Source: Guillardia theta CCMP2712
Taxonomy: Eukaryota; Protista; Cryptophyta
NCBI RefSeq assembly: GCF_000315625.1
Contig: NW_005434667.1
Location: forward strand, 544,045 to 608,044
Direction: 5' to 3'
DNA: 64,000 bases
Below the pieces are notes generated by a model. The model was not told the DNA's origin. It worked only from the letters and a program-made list of their open reading frames with translations, and made no database searches. Made by a program: the position numbers and the translations under genes. Below are positions 28,644 to 40,500 of this stretch, piece by piece; positions within the stretch are counted from its first letter, which is position 1, and each line of letters opens with the position of its first letter.

Positions 28644-31600
28644 ATGCTCTCTTCTTCTAGACACGTCCTGCTTTGTTTTCTCGCCCTTTTCGTCCTCGTT
28701 GCGGATGCTGCTGTGGACAACTCGTCCTGCCCAGCTCCTAACGTCACCCTCCCAAGTACAGTCACACAGTACTCCTACAAAGTAGGCGTGCTCGCCATCA
28801 ACGGATTCGCAGACGCAAATGCGAAGTACAAACTCATGTTCGAAGAGTACCTCAACAGGAAGCTCCGAGACGTCTTCCACCCTAAGATCAACTTCACCAT
28901 GGTACCTCTGGACTTCACCACCCTCTACACGTGGGTAGAGACCAAGATCGTCGACTTCATCTACGTCAACCCGTCTGCCTACTCCTGCATCGAGTCTCAG
29001 TACGGAGCCTCGTCCTTGGCCAGTCAACAAAGTATACAGAAGCTTGGCAACGACACTTACGACTTCGCCCTGTTTGGAGGCGTCATCTTCGTCCGAGCCG
29101 ACAGGACGGACATCAAAACCATCGCAGACCTCAAGGACAAGTCAAGTAAGAGCTGCCGCCTGACGCATCGCCGACGTGACATGCTGGGCTGACAGACTGT
29201 TGTTTTGTGCAGTTGCGGCGGCTTCGATATCCGGGCTGGGGTCGGGGCAAGCGCAGTTCCGCGTCATGGTCGACAACGGCCTGAACTACATCCAAGACCC
29301 TGCCCAGCTGGTCTTCACGTCCAACCAAGGTACTGTGGTCAACATGGTGTACCAAAAGAAGGTCGACGTCGGCTTCGTACGCACCAACCAGATCGAGCAG
29401 ATGGAGAGCAAGGTGGGCGAGTGCTGAGCTGTGCCTTGGAAGGGACTGACGTCTTGTACGTGTCGGCAGGGGAACACCAAGAAGTCGTATTTCCGGTATC
29501 TGGCGCCAGTCAAGGTATACGAGAACGGCCAGCCGTACCCTTTCGAGTCCTCGACGATCTTGTATCCGGAATGGAACGTGGCGGCACTTAGTCATGTGCA
29601 TTGGCTGGTGCAGGTAAAAGGAGGGCGGGGGTCGGGGGGGGGGGGAGGAGAGCTAATGAGTATTGTGTGTCTACAGCGAGAGGTGCAACGAGCTTTGCTG
29701 GAGTTGGATCAGTCGGACCCTGCCGCCAAGGCAGCAACGGTCAAGGGATGGATCCCAACGCTGTCGTACATGGAGCTGAGGAACATGCAAGAGAAGCTAG
29801 ACTTCATCTCTAAGAACCCCGCCACGGGCCAGATGGAGTGTATCCGAGGTACAGCGCTCTATGACTCCATCACTTGTCCCCCAGGATACTTCAAACAGAC
29901 CCAAGCAGAAGTCGAAGCAGGGTGTGCCAAGTTAAAATTGACTTGTCCCGTTGGCTCATCGTGCACGTGCAAGCCGTGCACCAAGGCGTTTGACGTAGAT
30001 GTCATTCAAGTGAATGACACGCTGACGGCAATCGCAAACAATGGTCAAACGTACCTTGGATGTGCGAAGATGACGACGTGTGCTCTAAGTCGACAGAAGT
30101 CGAAGTTCAAATTCAGGTCTTCTTATTTTTCGTTAGTCCATCGTCCGATTTCTGATCGACTCAAAACAGTGTGATTGACAACAAGAAGCGAGACAACATG
30201 GTGTTCACATACATCTTGCACTTGACAGACAGATTGGTGAAAGGGCAGGCAAATAAAACCACGACTCTTTACAGCTACGAGATTGTTGAAGAGATCGATT
30301 TCAAGGGTCAGTGGCTCATAGAAATCTTCGCAAACGGTGAACAAATCAATGAGTCCCCTCTTTTCATTCAAATCGCCAGTCGTGATTGCGCAGCCGAATA
30401 TGGAGCAAACTCTCTGCGAGTAGCGACAGATGCAGGTGACTGTGTGTGCAACAGCCGATCATTCAAATCTGGAAGCAAGTGTGTCGACCTAGCCTGGTTC
30501 ATCCCTGTCATCGTCGTGCCGATTCTGTTGCTCCTTGTGTTAGCAGTGATCATGTGGATGAGACATCAGATTAGGAAACAAGACTCCCTGTGGCTGGTCA
30601 AGCCTGATGAGCTTCAGTACAACAACCCCGTCGAGATCCTTGGACGTGGCACCTTCGGACTTGTTGTGCAAGCTGAGTACAGAGGAACGACAGTAGCGGT
30701 CAAGAGGGTGATTCCCCCGAAGAAGAACAAGGACCGCAAGAAGCGAATGAGCGCAGAGTCCATGGCTCACACAAGCATGTCAGGATCAGCAAGAAACATG
30801 TCAAGAGGGTCCGTGAAAGGATTCTCTACCAATGGTACAGGCTCCCTCATGGGATTCAATTCAGGCTCTCAGAATGGCTCCTCCTCCATGGACGAGGACG
30901 ACATGGAATCTGGCCTCCTGTCCCTCTGCGTCTTCAAGAAGGACAAGCACGCCGAGCTCAAGGCTAACTTCGTCCAAGAAATGCGTATCCTCTCCAAGCT
31001 CCGCCACCCCTGCATCACCACCGTCATGGGCGCGATCATCGGAGACAGGAACACGGAGCCCATGCTCATCATGGAGTGCATGGATCACGGGTCTCTGTAC
31101 GACTTGCTCCACAACGAGACCATGGTGATCGAGGGGGAGATGATCCTTCCCATCCTCCGCGACATCGCTCAAGGCGTGCGCTTCCTTCATGCAGCAGACC
31201 CGCTCATCGTCCATGGCGATCTCAAAGCACAGAACGTCCTGGTGGACTCAAAGTTCCGAGCCAAGGTCGCTGACTTCGGTCTCAGCCAGAAGAAGCAGCT
31301 GGGAGCTTGCGGCACTCCCTTGTGGATGGCCCCCGAGCTGCTCAACGGAGGGACCAACACTCCGCAGACCGACGTGTATGCCTTCGGCATCGTGCTCGCA
31401 GAGGTGTACAGCCGCAGGGATCCGTATGAGGGAGAGGATACCAGGACGGTGCTGGAGGAGGTGGCCGATCTCAAACGGCCGGTGGACAAGCGTCCTGCCA
31501 TCCCTCCCGCGTGTCCCTCGGACGTGGTGAGCATCATGAAGGACTGCTGGCACAAGAACCCTGTCTTCCGCCCTCCGTTCGAGGAGGTCGAGCGCCGCCT

Positions 31601-32679
31601 GAAGGCTCTGGATGCTCAGCATGCCGGGCCCCTTAGCGTGTTTGCTGGATATCATCACAAGACTTTGGACAATGGAAAGTCGCACGAGGAGCTTCTATAC
31701 GACGTGTTCCCGTGAGCATCGCCTGTTTGCTCTCTCCTCCTCTTCTGCTGCCTTCTGCCCGCTGCCTGTCACCTCATGCCATGACAATCCTTGCTCGCAG
31801 GCGTCACGTCGCCATCGCTCTGCGCGAAGGTCGCAAGGTCGAGCCTGAGCGCCGCGACATGGTCACCATCTTCTTCTCCGACATCGTCGGCTTCACAACC
31901 ATCAGCAGCACCCTCGACCCCGTCAAGGTCTCCAACATGCTCGACCGGCTCTACTCGATCTTCGACCGCTTGTCCAGCACCTACGGCGTCTTCAAGGTAA
32001 GTGCTCTGCCCTGACCACGTGCGAGGAGAGTAAGAGCTGCGCTCCTCCAGGTCGAGACCATCGGCGATGCGTACATGGCGGTAACCAACCTGGTGGAGGA
32101 CCAGCCCTTCGACCACGCCTTGAGGATCGCTCGCTTCGCCATCGGAGCCATCAAGGCTGCGCAGTCGACCCCCGTCGACCTTGACGATCCTTCCAAGGGC
32201 ACCGTGCAGATCCGAGTCGGCTTCCACTGCGGGCCAGTGGTGGCCAACGTGGTGGGGACGAGGAACCTGCGATACTGTCTCTTCGGAGACACGGTGAACA
32301 CAGCTTCGCGCATGGAGTCCAACTCCGAGGCTCTCAAGATCCACTGCTCCGAGCGAGCTGCCGAGGTGCTGAAGAAACAGGCAGTAGAGACGGAAGTTCA
32401 CCTGGTCCCTCGCGGCACGATCCAAATCAAAGGGAAGGGAGAGATGAAGGTGAGGAGGCGTGTTGCAGTGCGGGAGGTTTCGAGGAGGCTGACTGGTGGG
32501 CGCTGCAGACGTTCTGGGTGGAAGAGCGGAAGATTTCGACCACCATAGTCGAGAGTGCCACGGAATTCGAAGAGTTTGAAGTCTCCGCAACTCCTGCCAG
32601 GATGTCAATTACTGTCACTGACAACATCACTATGGACGCAGACCTAGGGTTCAGTCACTCAGGTCGCCAACTAGCCTAG
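28644..32679 (+). CDS. Receptor kinase-guanylyl cyclase B, inverted paralogue of 19604-23783
   Basis: Same domain order and intron positions as copy A, with near-identical kinase and cyclase motifs. The last exon reads [10 protein letters not shown]...GRQLA* and ends at 32679. Confidence 0.9.
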
Positions 32680-33042
32680 CCTACTTAATAGGCTAGTCAT
32701 GCCAGGCCGCCCCGCACTCGCGGCAGAGCTTTCAAGTTTTAACGGCGTGATAGTACGGTGCTAGTACGAACCAGCCTAATACGTCAAGCCAAGCATTTAA
32801 TACAAATCTTTGAATGGTCTGCCTAGACTCGTGACTAGTCACTATTGGGCCCGGCGCCGGTCATCCGGTCAGATGGCACGGTGCCGGTGCTGTGTGCCGG
32901 TCACCGTGGCACACGGTCACCGGGTGCTGCGGCCGATCGGACTCTGGTGCGGACTTGTTGGATTGTTTTGACTAAAACAACATCTGTTTTTTACGCCATC
33001 ATGGCGGCGACGGGGAAGAAAGGGGAGCGGAGAAAAGAGGCG

Positions 33043-33140
33043 GGCAGGGAGGCAGGGAGGCAGGGAGGCAGGGAGGCAGGGAGGCAGGGAGGCAGGGAGG
33101 CAGGGAGGCAGGGAGGCAGGGAGGCAGGGAGGCAGGGAGG
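33043..33140 (+). repeat. (GGCAGGGA)n octamer tandem repeat
   Basis: Directly visible, about 12 units. Confidence 0.9.
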
Positions 33141-33320
33141 TAGGTAGGTGACCATGGAGGGAAACAGTGGAGATGGAGGAGAGGAAGAGCAAGAGTGACG
33201 AACAGGGAAACACAACGAGAACAAGTATTCCAAAATCATTGTTGTAACGATAGCTGAGGCTCACGAGTCATGTTGTAAACTTGTACAGTTTCTGACCTTC
33301 ACCCTGCTCCAGGACGAAGC

Positions 33321-33986
33321 ATGAACGCGCCCAAGATTGAAGAACGCTTCTTCCTCCTTCCTGACGAGGAGAGGTCATCCCAGTGTTCATTTCACCATCG
33401 CCCCTTCATGCACCTGCAGGTTGATAGCTGAAGATGACACCAAGATTGAAGGGGCGACGAACTTCACCATCACCAAGGAGGATCACACCATGTGAGTTTC
33501 CCTGCGCTTCAACGCGCATGTAACCTTTGCTCAGTGGCAATCCTCTCCGAGTACAACTACTGCGAGACCCCTCTGTCCTCTTTGCAGGGTGATCTCAAAA
33601 TGGCCTATCCTCCCCTCTACCTCCCCCCCTCTCTTCACCCTCCTCCTTGTCCTCCTGGACCTCCTCCTCTGCGGCCTCTTCACCCTCTCTACAGGTATAG
33701 GCTTCCCCATCCTCTGGAGACCAAACTTCAGATCAAGATCCAGACCAAGAGCACGTCAAACCCTCAACTGGCGCTCACCGACGCCATCTCATCGCTCAAG
33801 AAGGTGCAAGAATAACCTTCCGTCCTGTCCGTATCAGCCCTTTCCCTTCCTCCTCTCCGTCAGTGATCGCCCCCCGCCTGTCATTTATCATCCTTGCTTC
33901 AGGAGTTCCAGCGGCTCGACAAGGCCCTCGAGGACGCCGTGAAGACTTACAAGGAGCAGGGCAACGCAGGGGCCATGGACTACTAG
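33321..33986 (+). CDS. RPB11: RNA polymerase II subunit RPB11 (multi-exon)
   Basis: Spliced product MNAPKIEERFFLLPDEE...[54 protein letters not shown]...ALTDAISSLKKEFQRLDKALEDAV...MDY*. Contains the EDHT.GN and FAGY..PHPLE signatures. Confidence 0.93.
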
Positions 33987-34205
33987 TGGAGAGGAAGGGG
34001 AGGAGCCGACGAAGGCGGGCGGATGCGATTATAAGGATGCGATCATGAAGAGATTGGGGAAGGAACGAGGAGGGCGGAAGGGGGGTGAAGGGAGAGAAGC
34101 AAGGTCTGCGAAAGCGAATCTCTCGGAATTTATTTATCAAAGTTACCAACGTGAACTGAGGCGGCAGGTTGAAATGCTTATCGTACACTCGGACACTCTC
34201 CTTCC

Positions 34206-36708
34206 TCATCTCCTCCTCGTTCTCTTCGCGTTCCCTCCGTTGGTCATCTCGTCCTCCGACGCTCTCTTGCGGCATTGCACAAATAGGTCGATGATCAGCT
34301 GCAACCCAGCAGGTCAGGCCGACGAGGCTGAGGTTGGCTCAGACTCACATCTCCGATGACCCGAGCAACTTCTTCCGCCTGCTGCAGGGAGCTCGCCGCA
34401 GTTACAGTGCACTTCCCTGCTCTTCTTGTCACGGAGTAGGGATTTGAGGAGGGGGAGAGGGAAGGTGCCTGTGGGGAAGATGTTGACAAACACATTGTTC
34501 GACGCGTCTGTCAGGCAGTCCTTGTTCACGTAGACGCCCAGCCCCTTACCCACAGTCAGCCTCCTCTCGCACACTCGACCTATCCTCACTGTCACACCTG
34601 AAAGCGGTTGACCTTCTGCTTGATGTCTGCCTTGGGTACGTGAACCTTGCACACGCGCGAGCTGTTGTCAGGATGGCTCAGCTGCAAGTCCAGGTCACTT
34701 AGCAATGGGAGGCCACACAACCGGCACCAGAAGCCGAAGCTCTTCCATATCCACCGTGAATCCTTTCTCGCGGAACCCAAGATCAAAAACTCCTACGAGG
34801 CTGGTTTAGAAGAGTGCAGACAAGGCTAGGGACTGGTTGCTACCGAGAATGGACTCTTTCTCAAGGCGAACCTGTTCATGCGTCAAGTACGATATCAACA
34901 CACCTAACACGGAGATACATTGACCGGCGCATCGAGACACAACTTGTGGAGCCAGTTGGGGTTCCCCTCACCCTTTGCGAGACAAGAATCAGGAGGAAAC
35001 GAGGCGCAGCTCCTCTTCAAGGAGAAATCAGAACCTGCAGGAGAGAAGCAGCTATCCCATCATTTACTGCAAACTCCAAGTCAGCTTCATCCAACGAACC
35101 TCTCACTTGATACCGATGCGGCTAACACAGTTTGCAACAACCTTGCAAGCAGTAAGTGACATCTCACCATCCCTGCGATCCCGAGTTATTCATCTCGTGC
35201 GCAAAATGGCACTTCCTCACCGGCAACCAGCAGTCTGGAGCCGCCCAGTCTTGAAGACTTTCACACTGACGTGATCAAACCCTCCAGGTAGCGACCTAGT
35301 TTGCGTAAGAATGAATGTTGCCGGTAGTAATAACCTTACATCGAAACGAAGCAGCAATGGTCAAACTTGTTTGCTGATCTTGCCTTGTTCTTTGATTCAG
35401 ATTGACCTTTCTTTTTCCTTGGCTGTAAAGCAGTAGGTCAACGGATTCTTGTCGTATTCGTGCAGGTTTCATCCATTACCACTCCACGGGTATTGTCGCC
35501 CCAGCGAACACAAGTGACGTAGTTGTCGACAGGACAACGCAGGAAAAACTGCCAAGAACAATTATCGTTAAGAAGACTAGCACCTTGTCGGTCTGCAAAT
35601 CAAGCACCTGCTCCAGATCTATCGTCACAGCGCCTTGCGGAAGGTCAGGTGGAAGAAGCATGCAGATTCCAACGTTGCTGTTCTCCTCGAAAGGGCTTTC
35701 AACGCATTCGTCACACTCCTTGGATTGACAAGAATGCACGGTCATCACCTTGGTGACGGGTAGACAGTTCCACTCATAGTGCGCCGGGTATGACCGTCCA
35801 GCTTCTTCACAGGCTGCATAAAGAAGCGGTCAAACCGATGGTTGACGCTTGTATCATTCACCTGCGGCTTGCGAATGGATGCAGCGTTTTCATGCATGTT
35901 GATATCAAGACTTGCCCTTCTGACCTGAGATTGAACATGAATCACGAGGAAGCCCTCGGAAAATCGATCAATTTTTGCTTACTTGATGCAAGAACGATGC
36001 AACTTCAATAACGTCCTACGGTCGAGTTCACATACAGGATCAAATTCCAGATTTAAGAGCCGGGGGAGTGGGAGGGAGGCTAGGGAGGAGAGGATGAGAG
36101 AACATTGCTATGAACCAAACCTGTTTCAACTGATCTCGCTTCTTCGATTCATCTTCCATTGCCTTGCGTTGCTGCAAAGCGTACCAAATCAGCAATTAAC
36201 AATCATTTGGTATGAGATGTATAGCAAAAACCTGTTCGATTTCAATCAGCGTCGGTCGTCCTTCTGTAGCACCCCCGCCAAAATTGAACGAGCTCCCTCG
36301 AAATGTGAAGGATCCATTCGCCATATTGAAAGAGTTTCCTCGGCTCCGAGATTCAAACAATCCTAGGCTGCCAAACAGATCCCATGAAGACCGGCGCGAT
36401 TGCTGTTGAGGTTGCTGAGATAGTGACTGCAACTGCTGCTGCTGCTGCTGCTGCTGCAGTTGGGGCTGCAGTTGCTGTTGCTGTTGTTGCTGCATGAAAT
36501 CCAAGCCTTCCGTTGCAGACGCTCTCCTGTAGAATATCAAATTAATGCTTTGATGGCAAGAACTGAAAAACAGACCTGCTGCCCCCAAAAGGAAGGACCG
36601 ACGATGCACGTCTAATCGCATCAAACATCAAATCATGGTTTGGTAAGCGAAGTTCACCTACCTCAGTAACGCTGAAGCAACATTGCTGGCATGAGCAAAG
36701 ATTCCTTT

Positions 36709-36742
<34 letters not shown>

Positions 36743-37508
36743 AGGGAAGATGACTGTGCCTAAAGAGGTATTACTCCGCATGCCCCGAAGTCGTCAAACA
36801 ACGCACTGTTTGAGACTGCAGGATCGATTTAATATCATTCGGATCAGAGCTCCCTGTAGTGAACATCGCACCGAAGTCCTGGAGAAACATTCCATTCAGA
36901 TCAAGACATCGAGAGAGTGAAAAGCTCACTGGCTCAAAGTCAATTTCAGCTGACCCAAACATTTGCTGCATAGCAGGATCTGTGTGTGTGTTTCGAGCAG
37001 CATTTTTTCTCTTGGAGCCAACTTCACCACCAGATTGAATATTCCTGTTCTGAAAATTCTGCTGATATACATTTTGCTGGTTTACATTGTTTGTGCTATT
37101 CCATAAACCGTCTTGAGAGTTCATGGTTAGACCTGGATCTTCCACAACCTGGTCGGGTTCAACGAGAGGTAAGATCTCCGAAATTGAGAAGCTTCTTGTG
37201 CCATGAGGTGCCATATTGGTTGGACGTCTTGATACATCTTGATTCTGAAAACATTTGTTCAAAGATTGTGGAAAATTGCTTCAAAGATGAACCTGAATCG
37301 GAAGGTCCATTCTTGCATTCTGCATGGCATCTTGCCCCCAAAGTCCATCAAGCCAGTCTTCAATCGTTGATTCTCCCCGATTTCCGTTGGCATCGCTCAA
37401 CCATCTTGAGGCAGAACTTCGACGCCTTAGACTCATTCCACCATTTTGGTTAAACGCATCAGAATTGTCCGTTCCCTCCATGGAAAATCGTCTTGAATTG
37501 TTGTACAT
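34206..37508 (-). CDS. Divergent TATA-binding-protein-like factor with a long Q/N/S-rich N-terminal extension
   Basis: Hand-spliced C-terminus: SNVGICMLL...VTIDLEQVL...YVTCVRWGDNTRGVPRKKKG...NKFDHCCFVSMSLPGGFDHVSVKVFKTGRLQTAGCRDGEMSLTACKVVANCV...ESILGVFDLGF...FTVDMEELRLLL...NRFQGLGVYVN...VFVNIFPTGKCTVTAASSLQQAEEVARVI, i.e. two TBP repeats. A polyQ stretch lies at ~36400-36495. The start codon is uncertain. Confidence 0.75.
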
Positions 37509-40500
37509 GATGTGTCTACAAGACAAAGAAACGTCAATGCAACAAACGTTTTACACTAATATCCACCTTTAAACCTCACAGAGGTCGCCAGGAACTGCCC
37601 CCCTGAGTCGTTACAGTACCCTATTGAAACCCTCAACTGCAAATCATTGTTAGTGCCAGGTCAATTACGACATGTTCCAAATCTAGGATGCCTGTTGGCA
37701 AGCTACAAAACAACAGCGGCTGGTTCACTAGCATAACATGGATTTCTTGATAAGCTAAGAATCAATTCAAATGTCATGGTGGCTCTGCTCACAGACAGGG
37801 CATAAGTACACTTTTTTCTAGATCACATCTGAAGCAACCAGGTTGCATGTTGTTAGCTCATCCTAGCAACCCTTCCTGATGTTCGTGTTGATCGCACAAG
37901 AAGGTCCAATCCTCACATGTGGAACTCAAACAAGAATTCGCAATTTTTAAGTGATTTCGATGGAAATCCACGTCCCTGTTCCGATCTCCTAAACCCTCAG
38001 CATAGACTGCTCAAACATGACATCCACAAATATCCAACACTTTCATAACCATCTACTTCTTGGAGCTACATCTCCACCTCGTTTATCTGTCCTTGTGCTC
38101 AAAGCTCCGGATTCTAGATGCTTACTCTGTGCCTGCTACCAACCTACAATTCTGTGTCGAGTGCGAATAACATGAATCCGTCGCTGAATCTTCATCCGCA
38201 GGCCTAATATCTTCTTGTTTTTCTAACATATGCATATTCATAGGGTCTATGATACAAAAAAATATGTCTGTCCCAGCATATGTTCCCCCATCAACTAAAT
38301 CATCAACTGTGACCACCGAATGACTCATCAACCCCGCATCCTTCCCACACCCTTATCTTCTCCTGCCTCGTTATAAAACCAGCTCATGCTCCTGATCGCG
38401 TCAAAATCCCTGATCCATGTATTGCCCCAGCATTAGTCCGCAGCCTCTCCCCTCCCTGCATTCCTTCGCATCTCTATCCCTATGCGCATTTTCGATCTGC
38501 GCCGCCTTGCTTCCCATTTCCCCCCGTTCCACCCCTCCCTTTTCACCCCACCCCCTATTTTTCCTTTCTTATCACCCCTTGTTTCCCAGACAGGACTACA
38601 CCCATTGACTACCCTACCTACCTTAACCTCTTTCCGTCCTATCCGACCCCTGAGCCCCCACCCTCTCTGCCTACCCCTGGGCTATCAATCACACCCCACT
38701 CTTCCCAACAAGCCATGTTCTACCACCGGTGTCTTGACTATCCCTACCCCTACCTTTCAAGTCCCACTGGTGCTTTTCCTGCCAATGACCACCCGTAGAT
38801 CCTAGACCATTGACTACCCTACCAATGGTCATTGTCCAAAATGCCTAGGAGGACCCGTGCATATCTCACCCCCATCCTAATAGACGCTCAGTACCTGAAC
38901 AAGGTTCAGAATATCTGATGCACCCCCACCTCCTTCCTTAAGTACCCCCACCATCTTTATCTAATCACCCCACCCATTCTATAGAATTCATTAGAGCACC
39001 CACCCCTCACCATCAGCCGTTACACATATTCCGGCATACTACCAGGGTGGGAATCATTCGAACACCCACCACTCATAATTATTGACTAGTACCCTACCTC
39101 CACTCTCGTGGTACCCCCAGATGTAGTCTTCAATAACAAGGGGTAGTCCTTGTCATGTTCAGCCTCACCACCTTATCAATACAGACCACCCTACCCTATT
39201 TGTTTCCTCAAATGATGGTCATTGAACCCGGTGATGAAGGAACACCCCACCAAACACTACGGACTTTACTCCTGCAGGGCCTCCATACCTACCCCACCCC
39301 CAATGGTCCTTCCGACTCCCTAAAATGGTCGGTCTGTTTTATAACCCACCCCTATATATCTCCTTTGGCAGGGTTATGTGTCAGTTGGGGTACACCCACC
39401 CCCAATATGGGAAGTCTCTTCACCACCGGGTGTTTTTAGTGTCAAATAGGGGGACCTGACGAGATGGGGTCAACCAAAGAGAGCTCATAGCTGGTGGGTA
39501 GTTCATTGAGGCGAATGGAGGCTACCTAAGAGGGGGGGGGGTTTCCACAGAGGTCAACGAAGCAAGAGTTGGGGGGGTTGTGTAGATACCCGAGGCGTAG
39601 GTCGCCCCCACCCCCCACCCTTCAGTAGTGTGTCCCAGTACTCAAAGTTTTAGTCAGTTTCCGAACGGTTCGGCGGCCGCTCGGGGGCCGGGCCCGCCGG
39701 GCCCGTGGCGCACTGACTGCCAGACTGCCCGGCACTCTCAGCCGGAAGCCTGCCGGTATCATATCCGGCCAGCCCGGCGGTTTAAAAGCAGTTTGTGACT
39801 CCGACAGAACTCTTCAAGTCCGGGCCGCCGGTCGTACATCATCCGAAAGGCTTTAACATGCGACCGTCAGCCGGTACTACGGTAACTAACCGTGAACGGA
39901 GTTCAAGTGCTCAGAGTCCGAGTTCGACTCGGCCTCGGAGGGTCCGCGGCCAGGCTCCCGGTCGACGCCGGGCCCTGCCGTCACGGAAGTTGACGACTCG
40001 GACGGTCCGGCCCGGGAGCCTCACTGCCGCTGAGCGGCCGGCCCCGGTCTCAGGCCCCGGGCGGCCCTGCCGCGGCCGGGCCCGGCCTTTCCGAAGGTTG
40101 GACTGAGCGGGGATGTGGACAAGAATCGTGATATGCAAGAGGAGGTGGGGAAGGAGGAGGTTGACTTGTTGATCGCTGGGTCGCTTCCTCTAACGCTATC
40201 CGAGGCTAGCATCATCCCCTCCTCTGAGAGTCCTGTTTCTTGCTGCTCCTCCTGACTTCCTCTGCATGCTCCTCGTCCTTCTCTTGCCCTCGAACTGCTT
40301 CTCTCCCGACCTACACTTGTACTGATGGCGCTGATATTTACTTCATCTTCTCTTCTGAAAGTCTTGCATCGTTATTCTCATCATGTGGCATATCTATACA
40401 ATCTTTGTTTCTCCTCTAAGGACCCCCCATTCAATGCATGCCCTATCCTCAATTCAATGATTGTGGACTCGCTATTCTTCATAGCAAACCCATCGGCTCC

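Noticed and set aside
19604-32679. Receptor duplication as a pure assembly artefact or haplotype duplicate
   Set aside because: Signal peptides, the mid-ectodomain, intron 4, the kinase insert and the tails differ greatly while both frames stay intact.
37600-38331. Short minus-strand ORF 38122-38331 and nearby segments
   Set aside because: No recognisable motif or consistent splice model; may be UTR or upstream region of the TBP-like gene.
38420-39620. TACCC-rich tract as an interstitial telomere or satellite
   Set aside because: No fixed repeat unit or periodicity; reported instead as a skewed tract.
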